Shown here piece after piece: positions 19,413-28,303 of a stretch of 57,019 bases of DNA. The position numbers were made by a program, and so were the translations under genes. The notes below the pieces were generated by a model. That model saw only the letters and a list, made by a program, of their open reading frames with translations. It was not told the origin of the DNA and did no database searches. Source of the DNA: an uncultured Gammaproteobacteria bacterium (GTDB lineage: Bacteria; Patescibacteriota; Patescibacteriia; VMEV01; CAYQCH01). Each line of letters begins with the position of its first letter. Within the stretch, counting starts at the first letter, position 1. Where the stretch lies: positions 4,903-61,921 of the forward strand of contig CAYGRO010000006.1 of the NCBI GenBank assembly GCA_964352335.1, read 5' to 3'.

Positions 19413-21173
19413 TTACTGGAGAAAGCTTCCTGCTTGTAGCGACCAAAGCTTTTTATACAGGCCGTTTCTCTTTTTGAGTAATTGTAGGTGAGTTCCTTCT
19501 TCTATAATGGCACCTTTTTCCATGACCAAGATGCGGTCCATTTCCATAATAGTTGAAAGCCTATGAGCAATAACGATGGTCGTTCTATTTTTCATAAGGT
19601 TTTTCAAAGCTGCTTGGATTTCAGATTCAGATTCAGAATCTAAACTACTTGTAGCTTCGTCCAAAACTAAGATAGGTGCGTTTTTTAAGATCGCTCTGGC
19701 AATAGCAACTCTTTGTCTTTCACCGCCAGAAAGCTTAACTCCGCGTTCACCAACAAAGGTGTCATATTTTTTAGGGAGTTCTTGAATAAAGTCATGGCAA
19801 CGAGCGAGTTTTGCCGCTTCAATAATTTCTGCTTCGGTTGCATTTGGTTTTCCGTATTTAATATTTTCTTTTAATGTCCGGTGAAACAAAATAGGGTCCT
19901 GTGGTACAAGAGAAATTTGTTGCATTAAGCTTTCTTGTGTCACTTGAGAAATTTTTTGATCATCAATAATGATTTTTCCTCGATCTACATCAAAAAAGCG
20001 GAAAAGCAATTTAACAATGGTCGATTTACCGGCACCAGAAGGGCCAACTAGGGCAACTTTTTCACCAGCTTGAATATGCAGGTTAAAGTTAGAAAGAATT
20101 TTTCTTGTTTTTTGATAATTGAAATTTACTTTGTCAAAAATAATTTCTCCTTTATCTACGGCAAGTCTTTTAGCCATTTTTGTATCTGTGATTTCAAGTG
20201 GGGTCATGAAGATTTCTGTCATTTCTTCTGCATCTGCTAATGATTCATAGAGGGCACGAATAACATGACTAAATTCCCAGACTTCTCGTCCAATAATAAT
20301 TAGATATGCTTGAATAAGAACAATATCCCCCACGCTCACTAAGCCTTGGCTCCATAGAGTGATGGCATAATAGATTAAACCAATTTCTACAGCAGTAATT
20401 GTAAGCCCTTGAAAAACATTGAGAAATTCATTAATCCTCCAGCTTTTCTTTTGCAAGTCTCTTCTTTCCGTAGTTGTTTTATCAAAGAGTTTTGATTCGC
20501 TATTTTGAGCGGCAAATAACTTTACATTAATGGCATTTGTTATTGTATCTGCCAAGACACCTGTCACCTTTGAGTCGGCTTCCGCTTGCAATAAGTCATA
20601 CTTCAATCGATATTGCACAACAATATAGGAGATGATTATAAATAGAAGTGACCAGGTTAACAGGATGATTCCAAAAACTTGGTTTACAATCCAAAGCGTA
20701 ATGGTTGCGACAATTATTCTTACGGTAAGTCCAATAAGGTCCCATTGGAAGACATCAAAAATACGGTTATAAGATCTATAAAATCGATTCACTTTTTTTA
20801 CTAATGATCCAGCGAAGTTATCGAGAAAAAAGGAGTAGGAATGTTTATGTAAAAAGGAAAAGCAAGTATTGGCAAGATCATTCATGGTATGTGTTACTGC
20901 CTTGATGGCGCAAAATGCAGAAGTTCTATACCCAATATTTACAAGCAAATAGGTACCTGCCAAGTACCCTAAAATCTTAATTAGCTGAGGGATGATGATT
21001 TCTTGGCTTTCTCCACTAGTAAGTACGTCAAAAAACCACTTATACATAAGCGGTGATGCCAAGCCAGCCCCAATGGCCAATAGTAATGCAAAAAACCCTA
21101 ATGTATAGAGTCCCGCATATGGGCGCATGTGGTTTTTATAGATTTTTAGTGTTTCTTTCGTTGATACTTTCAT
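19413..21173 (-). CDS. ABC exporter, fused permease/ATPase (MsbA/Atm1-like)
   Basis: Six-TM domain, GPSGAGKST, LSGGERQR, LDEATSSLD and IAHRLST motifs. ATG at 21173 preferred. Confidence 0.93.
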   Translation of the reverse strand: MKVSTKETLKIYKNHMRPYAGLYTLGFFALLLAIGAGLASPLMYKWFFDVLTSGESQEIIIPQLIKILGYLAGTYLLVNIGYRTSAFCAIKAVTHTMNDLANTCFSFLHKHSYSFFLDNFAGSLVKKVNRFYRSYNRIFDVFQWDLIGLTVRIIVATITLWIVNQVFGIILLTWSLLFIIISYIVVQYRLKYDLLQAEADSKVTGVLADTITNAINVKLFAAQNSESKLFDKTTTERRDLQKKSWRINEFLNVFQGLTITAVEIGLIYYAITLWSQGLVSVGDIVLIQAYLIIIGREVWEFSHVIRALYESLADAEEMTEIFMTPLEITDTKMAKRLAVDKGEIIFDKVNFNYQKTRKILSNFNLHIQAGEKVALVGPSGAGKSTIVKLLFRFFDVDRGKIIIDDQKISQVTQESLMQQISLVPQDPILFHRTLKENIKYGKPNATEAEIIEAAKLARCHDFIQELPKKYDTFVGERGVKLSGGERQRVAIARAILKNAPILVLDEATSSLDSESESEIQAALKNLMKNRTTIVIAHRLSTIMEMDRILVMEKGAIIEEGTHLQLLKKRNGLYKKLWSLQAGSFLQ

Positions 21174-21315
21174 AAGGATAACCGGTATGGTTTCTACGCA
21201 AAATTTTGGATATAAACCTATAGATAAATCAAACCCCAAGGCGATCCCTTGCGGTTGAGAGTTATAATCACTCTATTATATTAGACGTTAAAACAAGGAA
21301 AATGTTACATATGGG

Positions 21316-21461
21316 AACCCTCCCTCGTTCAGCCTGCTTTGCAGACTAAACATTCCCTCCCTTTTCAAGAGAGGGTTTTTGTTTTTATCTGATGCTATTC
21401 CCTCTCTCTTGAAAAGGGAGGGAAATGCGAAATGCCCCACGGGCATGAGCGAGGGAGGGTT
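21316..21461. repeat. Composite GC-rich REP-like palindrome
   Basis: AACCCTCCCTCG...CGAGGGAGGGTT outer arms; inner TTCCCTCCCTTTTCAAGAGAGGG / CCCTCTCTCTTGAAAAGGGAGGGAA. Confidence 0.75.
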
Positions 21462-21465
21462 CAAC

Positions 21466-21493
21466 AAAAAAACCCCCATTCAGGGAGTTTTTT
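21466..21493 (-). terminator. Intrinsic terminator closing the minus-strand orphan unit
   Basis: Minus strand: AAAAAACTCCC-TGAAT-GGGGGTTTTTTT directly after the stop at 21492. Confidence 0.7.
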
Positions 21494-21665
21494 AATTTCG
21501 ATATCTATTAAAAACATTAATTGAATCTTGTAATTCAGTATGGATTCGATCAACATTTGCTTCCAGGACCTGTGCTTGTTCTCGCATAGATTTCATCATG
21601 AACCAATTTGTGATTCCGAGTAAGACCAGCGATGACAAGATGACAAGTGTAAGTGTCATAGTCAT
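21492..21665 (-). CDS. 57-aa single-TM plus coiled-coil small protein (not in ORF track)
   Basis: MTMTLTLVILSSLVLLGITNWFMMKSMREQAQVLEANVDRIHTELQDSINVFNRYRN*, followed by a terminator. Confidence 0.65.
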   Translation of the reverse strand: MTMTLTLVILSSLVLLGITNWFMMKSMREQAQVLEANVDRIHTELQDSINVFNRYRN

Positions 21666-21688
21666 TTGTATAAGTTGTAAAAGAGGAG

Positions 21689-22072
21689 GGTCGGCGCGCC
21701 AAGGAGGTCCTGTGCATTGTGCAGCAGGGGCTCAGCGCGCCGACCACGAGGGGAAACATTATGGCATTCTCAGCCAAAGAAAGTCATGAAGTCATTCATG
21801 TCTATCTTCGACAGAGAAGAAAAGCGTTGCATCGTACAGTTACTGGGTTATAAATCTTTTCTAACTCGATATGCGGTGCTTTTCATTCTTCTGTTTAGGC
21901 CCGACCGCTGTCATAATCATGGTTCATGGTGCATGGTTCATTTCGTAAAACGTAGTTTACAAATTGTCCCATGTGCCATGTAATGTGTCTCATGATAATA
22001 ACAATGGTCGGGGCGGCAGGGAGCTAAGAGGTCGGCATCATGGTGATGTCAACATTGAGCTCCCTGCCGCGC
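21689..22072 (-). ncRNA. Chain of four long hairpins (structured intergenic RNA)
   Basis: Stems GGTCGGCGCGC/GCGCGCCGACC, ACAGA..GAAAAGCGTTGCAT/ATGCGGTGCTTTTC..TCTGT, GCCCGACC..ATCATG/CATGAT..GGTCGGGC and GCGGCAGGGAGCT/AGCTCCCTGCCGC. Confidence 0.55.
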
Positions 22073-22089
22073 GCGGGCGACGAAGGCGA

Positions 22090-22233
22090 TTAGAAGCTGT
22101 TACCGCCGGCGAGCGGGTTCGGGCGGCTGAAGCGGCTCGAGATCGGGATCGACAGCTTCGTGCTGGTCGTGTCCGTCTTGGCGCTGTTGCTGGGCTTCTG
22201 GTCGGTCTTCGGCTGCGTGGTCGTGTTCTTCAT
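22090..22233 (-). CDS. 47-aa Thr/Ser/Lys-rich peptide (not in ORF track)
   Basis: CTGAGGGGAAC SD before ATG; MKNTTTQPKTDQKPSNSAKTDTTSTKLSIPISSRFSRPNPLAGGNSF*; G/C-ending codons. Confidence 0.65.
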   Translation of the reverse strand: MKNTTTQPKTDQKPSNSAKTDTTSTKLSIPISSRFSRPNPLAGGNSF

Positions 22234-22376
22234 AGGTTCCCCTCAGGTTCCTCGGATTACTTTGGCAACGTGCCTCAGTTTCACCGCTTCATTTATTCAA
22301 TCGTGTTGAATAAATGGAGTGGTGGGCCGTGCAGCTCCTCGAGGCGGGGTGGGCTTCGAGGGCTGCACGGCCACGG

Positions 22377-22709
22377 CTAGGCGGCGAGCTGAAGGACGAG
22401 GGTCTTGCCCTCAGAAAAGCTAGCTTCGGCCTCTTCCGCAAGGTGCATGATCCGCGTGTCGTCTTCTGACGATGGGACTTGCAATGCGGGGTGAAGGATC
22501 ATTTCGATCCGCAGTTCTTGCTCGGGGGTGAGCGTGAACCAGGACTTCACATGCCCTAGGTTCATCGAGCTCCCGTGCACTTGCACAAGATCTTCGATGA
22601 CTTCAATTTTGTAGAGGTGGTCGGACAATCCGAGCACATCTACGAGAAACTGGCAGAGCAAGATATCGCTAAGCGTCATCTCCTTTGCCGTCTTTTCGAA
22701 GGTATGCAT
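22377..22709 (-). CDS. Orphan hypothetical protein, 110 aa
   Basis: AAGGAGG SD before ATG at 22709; ends ...LVLQLAA*. Confidence 0.75.
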   Translation of the reverse strand: MHTFEKTAKEMTLSDILLCQFLVDVLGLSDHLYKIEVIEDLVQVHGSSMNLGHVKSWFTLTPEQELRIEMILHPALQVPSSEDDTRIMHLAEEAEASFSEGKTLVLQLAA

Positions 22710-22824
22710 GATTGCCTCCTTTCCTCCGCTTTTACTCACCTCAGTTGAGATGAAAAAAAGTGGAGGCCGGCCGGATCCTAGAAGGTTCCGGCCGGCGCGT
22801 CTCTCGGTGGTCGCGCTAGCTGTG

Positions 22825-23547
22825 CTAGGCGGCGACGGACTTGTTGAGCGCGTTGATGCGCTTGATCGCCTCGATGACGAGGTGGTCGTCGTGGATGCGG
22901 TTCAGCATCTTCTCCGAGCACTCACCGCGCTTCAGCTTCGTCTCGAGGTGCTCGACGAGGTCGTTGATGAACCTCATCGTCTGCGTGTTCACCAGAGCGG
23001 ACTTGATCGTCCGGTACTGGCCCTCGTCGACCTGCTCGTATGCCGCCTTGATCAGCGACTGATCCATGACCATCTTCTGGACGCTAGGTGCCGCAGCCAT
23101 GATCACCTCGTTGACGATGTCGTGGACCTCGATTGGTGTCTGAGCGTTGCTCAGTGCCGTCTTGATCTTGATCCACTGCTCCGAGATCTTGTCGATCTCG
23201 GTGTCGAGGCCGACGGAGTACGGGTTCGTCTCCTGCTTGGTCTCGACCCAACACTGCTCGCCGGTCTCGACGTCCGTGATCAGCACCTCCTTGGTGCTGG
23301 TCTCAGAAACGAAGTAGAGGTTATGCTGGTCGTGGCATGAGACGAGTCGCTCGCTCTGGCTCTCGTGCTCGGCGATCCTCTCGAACTCCGTGGGCCAGTA
23401 GCCGTCGGGGTGCACGTGCTGCGTCTGCTTCACGAGCCTGCACATCTGCTCCCAGTTGGAGCTGACGGGCTTCTTGGTCGGGTAGGCGACGCCCTGCATG
23501 CTGGCCTCGAATGCTTCTCGGTCAGCGTCGTTGGTCTTGGTGGTCAA
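22825..23547 (-). CDS. Orphan hypothetical protein, 240 aa
   Basis: CTGAGGGGAAC SD before TTG at 23547; strong GC3 bias; helical C-terminal half; ends ...NKSVAA*. Confidence 0.8.
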   Translation of the reverse strand: MTTKTNDADREAFEASMQGVAYPTKKPVSSNWEQMCRLVKQTQHVHPDGYWPTEFERIAEHESQSERLVSCHDQHNLYFVSETSTKEVLITDVETGEQCWVETKQETNPYSVGLDTEIDKISEQWIKIKTALSNAQTPIEVHDIVNEVIMAAAPSVQKMVMDQSLIKAAYEQVDEGQYRTIKSALVNTQTMRFINDLVEHLETKLKRGECSEKMLNRIHDDHLVIEAIKRINALNKSVAA

Positions 23548-23559
23548 TGTTGTTCCCCT

Positions 23560-23928
23560 CAGAACAGTGTGTCTGTAAACAGCGGATTGCTGAATACAGA
23601 GAGTTCTCCCCTTAGGTAAGTACTCTATAATATTCAGCAAAAGATCCTGATTGAAGATGAAGATAAGGCCTCAGTTGGAAGGGGAAGTATGTAAAGAGCG
23701 GATGAGGTGCTTATCTTCATCTCTCGTCAGGATCGAGTGATGTTTTTCATCTAATAAGAGAAGAGAAAGGCCATACCGAGGTATGGAGATACGTAATGGT
23801 CATGCCCTGATCGTAGCCGGAGCCACAATGCTTGGGTCAATATCATTACAAGAGAGTCCTGGGTTCGAAAACTTACGACTCCGTACTCTCCTCTTATAAG
23901 ATGAAAAGAACTTCCATTCCCAACTTGA
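23560..23928 (-). ncRNA. Candidate structured leader RNA (RNA C) with a long-range pseudoknot
   Basis: Three long helical domains between the promoter and the first SD; the 5' 15-mer is complementary to the loop of domain 2. Confidence 0.6.
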
Positions 23929-23934
23929 CGAATC

Positions 23935-23963
23935 ACTATAACATATGTTGTAAAATGTGTCAA
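23935..23963 (-). promoter_or_regulatory. Sigma70 promoter of the orphan unit
   Basis: Minus strand TTGACA-17 bp-TATAGT with a TGn extension. Confidence 0.8.
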
Positions 23964-24166
23964 GAGGTGTGAGTTAGATTAGCAAAACATAGCTAATATT
24001 AGCTAAATACAAATGTCATAAAATACAAACATTCGAAAAAAAGAATGAAGTAGTTTTATCAAAACCAAGAAAAGAAAGCAAGAGATAAATAAGAAAAGCC
24101 TTTGATTTACGGGGGTTGTCGCTTGTGGTAGGATTTGGGTATATAAAGGAGGCAGAAGCTTGTCCC

Positions 24167-24261
24167 TTACCGCCCCCTCAATCCCCCTCCTAGAAGGAAG
24201 GGGGAAGGCTCTAGTCTTGCTGCTTTGCTCCCCTCCTTCTAGGAGGGGCTGGGGGCGGTAA
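24167..24261. repeat. TTACCGCCCCC-family REP-like palindrome without insert
   Basis: TTACCGCCCCCTCAATCCCCCTCCTAGAAGG...CCCCTCCTTCTAGGAGGGGCTGGGGGCGGTAA. Confidence 0.9.
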
Positions 24262-24291
24262 TCATTTATAAATTTACGTTTTTACTTATTT

Positions 24292-26700
24292 ATGCCTTAC
24301 GATCCAAAATCGATTGAATCTGCCATGAAAAAATATTGGCAAGATATTGATGCTTTCAAAACGGATAATAATTCTGAAAAACCAAAGAAGTATATTTTAG
24401 ATATGTTTCCTTATCCGTCTGGGGCTGGGTTACATGTGGGTCATGTAGAAGGGTATACCGCTACAGATATCGTGGCTCGTTATTATCGTATGAAAGGATT
24501 TGAAGTTTTACATCCAATGGGGTGGGATGCTTTTGGTTTACCAGCCGAAAATTATGCGATGAAAGTAAATAAGCATCCACGTATTACAACGGATGAAAAT
24601 ATTCAAAATTTTACCAAACAAATTAATTCCATTGGAAAAAGCATTGACTGGACAAGAGAAGTAGATACAAGTTCAGAAAATTATTATAAATGGACCCAAT
24701 GGTTTTTCTCTTTGCTCTATAAAAATGATTTAGCCTATAGAAAAGAAGCTCCCGTTAATTGGTGTGAAAATGACCAAACCGTTTTAGCCAATGAACAAGT
24801 GGTAGATGGAAAATGTGAGCGATGTAAAAACGAAGTTATTCAAAAAAATCTTCCGCAATGGTTTTTTAAAGTCACTGCTTATGCAGACAGACTTATTGAT
24901 GACTTAGAAACACTAGATTGGCCAGAACCATTAAAGCAAATGCAAAGAAATTGGATCGGCCGAAGCGAGGGAGCGGAATTAACATTTAAAATTCCAAATT
25001 CAGAATCACAAATTGATGTTTTCACCACTCGACCAGATACATTAATGGGGGCTACTTATTTAGTTATTGCACCAGAGCATCCATTGGTAGATGAATTAAC
25101 CATTAAAACACAAAAAGAAGCCGTCAGTAATTATGTTGATGAAGCTGCTCATAGAACAGAATTAGAGAGAACAGGGACTGATCAAAAAAAGACGGGTGCG
25201 TTCACTGGTTCTTTTGCTATTCATCCTATAACGGGAGAAGAATTGCCAATTTGGATTGCCGACTATGTTTTAACAAGTTATGGGACAGGAGCTATTATGG
25301 CTGTCCCTGCGCATGATGAAAGAGATCATGCTTTTGCTGTTAAATATGAATTGCCAATTATCGAAGTGATTCAACCAGAAGACATGGTTCAGGATACAGA
25401 TGAAATGGGACATAAATGTTATGCGGGTGCTGGTACATTAATTAACTCAAGTGAATTTGATGGATTAGATAATGAATTGGCAAAAAAACAAATTACAGAT
25501 TCTGCAAATGGAAAGTTAACCAAAACGTATCGACTACGTGACTGGTTATTATCTCGACAACGTTTTTGGGGAGCACCTATTCCTATCATTTATTGTGATG
25601 GCTGTGGTCCGGTTTTGGTTCCAGAAAAAGATTTACCAGTTGTCTTACCAAAAGACGCCGACTTCAAATTATCTGGGGATGGGAAATCGCCTTTGGCTCG
25701 TGTAGAGGGATTTGTAAATACCACTTGTCCAACTTGTGAACAACCTGCCAAACGAGAAACAGATACCATGGATGGTTTTGTAGACAATTCTTGGTATTAC
25801 TTTAGATATTTAGATCCTAAAAATGATAAAGCATTTGCCGATAAAAAATTATTGCAACATTGGATGCCAGTAGATATGTATGTTGGTGGAGCCGAACATG
25901 CCGTTGGTCATTTAATCTATTCTCGATTCTTTACCAAAGTCTTAAAAGATAATGGCTATGTTGATTTTGAAGAACCATTTACAAGACTTATTAATCCAGG
26001 ATTAATTTTGGCAGAAGACGGATTAAAAATGTCTAAGTCATTAGGTAATGTGGTAAATCCAGATGATGTTGTTGCCGAATATGGAGCAGATACCTTGCGC
26101 ATGTTCGAAATGTTCTTAGGCCCACTTTTAGATGCCAAGCCATGGGATACAAAAGGAATTGTTGGAATCAAACGATTCTTAGAAAAAGTGTATCGATTAT
26201 TTGAAGAAGATATTGTGCGAACAGACGCTCCTGCAAATGATGAATTAACGGCACACTTGCACAGAACAATTAAAAAGGTGACAGAAGATATCGAAATCTT
26301 GCACTTTAATACGGCTATTTCTTCTATGATGGAATTTGTAAATGCGGTACAGAAAAAAGGAGAATTACCAGTTGTAGAAGGAGAAGTCTTTTTAAAACTT
26401 CTTTCTCCCTTTGCTCCGCATATGACAGAATTCTTATGGAAAGAATTAGGTCACGAAGATTCTTTAGGAAAACAAGATTGGCCAATTCATGATGAACGAC
26501 TATTGGTGGAAGAAGAAATCACCATGGCTGTTCAAGTTAATGGAAAAGTACGTGATACAATTACAGTACCAAGCGATGCAGATGAAGCTTTGGCAAAAGC
26601 AACCGCCTTAAAGAGTGAAAAAATCCAAAAATTTGTCGACGGAGCAGAAATTAAAAAAGTGATTTATATCGCAGGTAAGATTTTGAACTTAATTGTGTAG
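24292..26700 (+). CDS. leuS: Leucine--tRNA ligase
   Basis: MFPYPSGAGLHVGH, FTTRPDT, GTGAIMAVPAHD, KMSKS and VQVNGKVR motifs. Confidence 0.98.
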   Translation: MPYDPKSIESAMKKYWQDIDAFKTDNNSEKPKKYILDMFPYPSGAGLHVGHVEGYTATDIVARYYRMKGFEVLHPMGWDAFGLPAENYAMKVNKHPRITTDENIQNFTKQINSIGKSIDWTREVDTSSENYYKWTQWFFSLLYKNDLAYRKEAPVNWCENDQTVLANEQVVDGKCERCKNEVIQKNLPQWFFKVTAYADRLIDDLETLDWPEPLKQMQRNWIGRSEGAELTFKIPNSESQIDVFTTRPDTLMGATYLVIAPEHPLVDELTIKTQKEAVSNYVDEAAHRTELERTGTDQKKTGAFTGSFAIHPITGEELPIWIADYVLTSYGTGAIMAVPAHDERDHAFAVKYELPIIEVIQPEDMVQDTDEMGHKCYAGAGTLINSSEFDGLDNELAKKQITDSANGKLTKTYRLRDWLLSRQRFWGAPIPIIYCDGCGPVLVPEKDLPVVLPKDADFKLSGDGKSPLARVEGFVNTTCPTCEQPAKRETDTMDGFVDNSWYYFRYLDPKNDKAFADKKLLQHWMPVDMYVGGAEHAVGHLIYSRFFTKVLKDNGYVDFEEPFTRLINPGLILAEDGLKMSKSLGNVVNPDDVVAEYGADTLRMFEMFLGPLLDAKPWDTKGIVGIKRFLEKVYRLFEEDIVRTDAPANDELTAHLHRTIKKVTEDIEILHFNTAISSMMEFVNAVQKKGELPVVEGEVFLKLLSPFAPHMTEFLWKELGHEDSLGKQDWPIHDERLLVEEEITMAVQVNGKVRDTITVPSDADEALAKATALKSEKIQKFVDGAEIKKVIYIAGKILNLIV

Positions 26701-26748
26701 TTATTTCATTTTTGCTTTAGGTACTAATCAATAGTTTAAGATGAAATT

Positions 26749-27168
26749 ATGTATCCATCACCTCAACAAGTTGGAGTTGAAATTTTTCTAAGGAAACAAG
26801 ATATGATCCTTTTAGGAAAAAGAAAAAATTGTTATGGTGCTGGTGATTGGGGGTTGCCTGGAGGACATCTTGAAGCCAAGGAAAAATCAGTTGATACCGC
26901 AATTAGGGAATTAAAAGAAGAAACTGGTTTAGTTGCGTCTCCTGCTGACCTTCTGCTTATTGCTATTGTTGATGATATTCGAGTGGATCAACATTATCTT
27001 CATATCAGTTTTGAGATGAAGGTAGAGGATATTGAGCCAATACTTATGGAGCCAGATAAATGCGAAGAATGGAAATGGTTTTCGCTAGGGGCATTACCTG
27101 ACAATATTTTTATTGGGCATAGACGAATAGTTGAATCCTATTTAAGTAACAAAATCTATCTTTCTTAA
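26749..27168 (+). CDS. NUDIX hydrolase (NUDT15/MTH2-like)
   Basis: PGGHLE...AIRELKEETGL Nudix box; EPDKCEEWKWF. Confidence 0.92.
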   Translation: MYPSPQQVGVEIFLRKQDMILLGKRKNCYGAGDWGLPGGHLEAKEKSVDTAIRELKEETGLVASPADLLLIAIVDDIRVDQHYLHISFEMKVEDIEPILMEPDKCEEWKWFSLGALPDNIFIGHRRIVESYLSNKIYLS

Positions 27169-27169
27169 A

Positions 27170-28183
27170 ATGAAGTGCTGGCAAAATTCAGAACAACAAG
27201 AATGGGACCAAGCCGTGGGCATATCTGCTGACGGTGGTTTATTGCAATCTTGGGGCTGGGGTGAGTTTCAAGAAGCTTTGGGGAATGCTGTTTACAATAT
27301 TTCTGATGACAAGAAGCAATACTTTGCTCAATGCATTCAGCTTCGAGCTGGTGGGCAATGGATTCTTTCTATTCCTCGTGGGCCTGTATTTATCGGGGCC
27401 AATCCAAAACAAGAATCCTTTGATCTCTTTTTAAACGAAATCAAAGAGTTTGCAAAAAAGAGAAACTGTTTCCTGGTTCGTTTAGATCCAGCTTGGAAAA
27501 CAAATAATCAAGAGCTCGCGCAATTAGTTTCTTCATCACTTTTACATAAGTCGAAAAAACTTTTACAACCGGTTCATACCCTCATTTTAGATACAACCAA
27601 AACCGAAGAAGAATTACTTGCTCAAATGAAACCTAAATGGCGATACAATATTAATCTTGCCAAAAAACATGAAGTAAAAATTCGTTGGGGGAAAACAAAA
27701 GAAGATGCACAAACATTTTTTAAGCTTGTAGAAAAAACAACGGCTCGCCAAGACTTTGCTAGCTACGATCAAACGTATTTTGAAACTCTTATTGAAACCC
27801 TAGGTCCAAAAGGTCAGGCAAAGTTTCTCTTCGCCGAAGAAAAGGGAGTTGTCATTGCAGCTTTGCTCATTTGTAATTTTGCAGATTTCTCAATCTACCT
27901 CCACGGTGCTTCTGACCATGCTTACCGCAAAGTCATGGCTCCTCAGCTATTGCAATGGGAAGCTATTAAACAAGCAAAACAAGAAAAGAGATCATACGAT
28001 TTCTGGGGAGTAGCAACAAATCCTCCATCGAATAAACAAGAAGAACATTGGGGAGGAGTAACTCGTTTTAAACATGGGTTTGCACCAAATACAGAAATAA
28101 CTGAATATGTAGGAGCATATGAAATACCAGTGAAAAAACTTTTCTACTTTGCTTATCGTTTAAGAAGCATGATTAAAAACTAA
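27170..28183 (+). CDS. FemABX-family lipid II peptidyltransferase
   Basis: LLQSWGWGEF, PRGP, KWRYNI, LLQWEAI, YDFWG and GVTRFKHGF motifs. Confidence 0.92.
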   Translation: MKCWQNSEQQEWDQAVGISADGGLLQSWGWGEFQEALGNAVYNISDDKKQYFAQCIQLRAGGQWILSIPRGPVFIGANPKQESFDLFLNEIKEFAKKRNCFLVRLDPAWKTNNQELAQLVSSSLLHKSKKLLQPVHTLILDTTKTEEELLAQMKPKWRYNINLAKKHEVKIRWGKTKEDAQTFFKLVEKTTARQDFASYDQTYFETLIETLGPKGQAKFLFAEEKGVVIAALLICNFADFSIYLHGASDHAYRKVMAPQLLQWEAIKQAKQEKRSYDFWGVATNPPSNKQEEHWGGVTRFKHGFAPNTEITEYVGAYEIPVKKLFYFAYRLRSMIKN

Positions 28184-28193
28184 GTTTATCCTT

Positions 28194-28291
28194 TACCACC
28201 CCCTGACCCCTTCCTACACTAGGAGGGGGAAGTATGAAAACTCAGGGCTCATTCCTCCCTCTCCTATATAGGAGAGGGCCGGGGTGAGGTA
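28194..28291. repeat. Diverged TTACCGCCCCC-family REP-like palindrome
   Basis: TACCACCCCCTGACCCCTTCCTA..TAGGAGGGGG...CCCTCTCCTATATAGGAGAGGGCCGGGGTGAGGTA. Confidence 0.75.
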
Positions 28292-28303
28292 TGTAACCAA
28301 CTT

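Noticed and set aside
22708-23340. 210-aa plus-strand ORF and other plus-strand ORFs in the GC-rich island
   Set aside because: Antisense shadows of GC3-biased minus-strand genes, which have the SD sites and the promoter.
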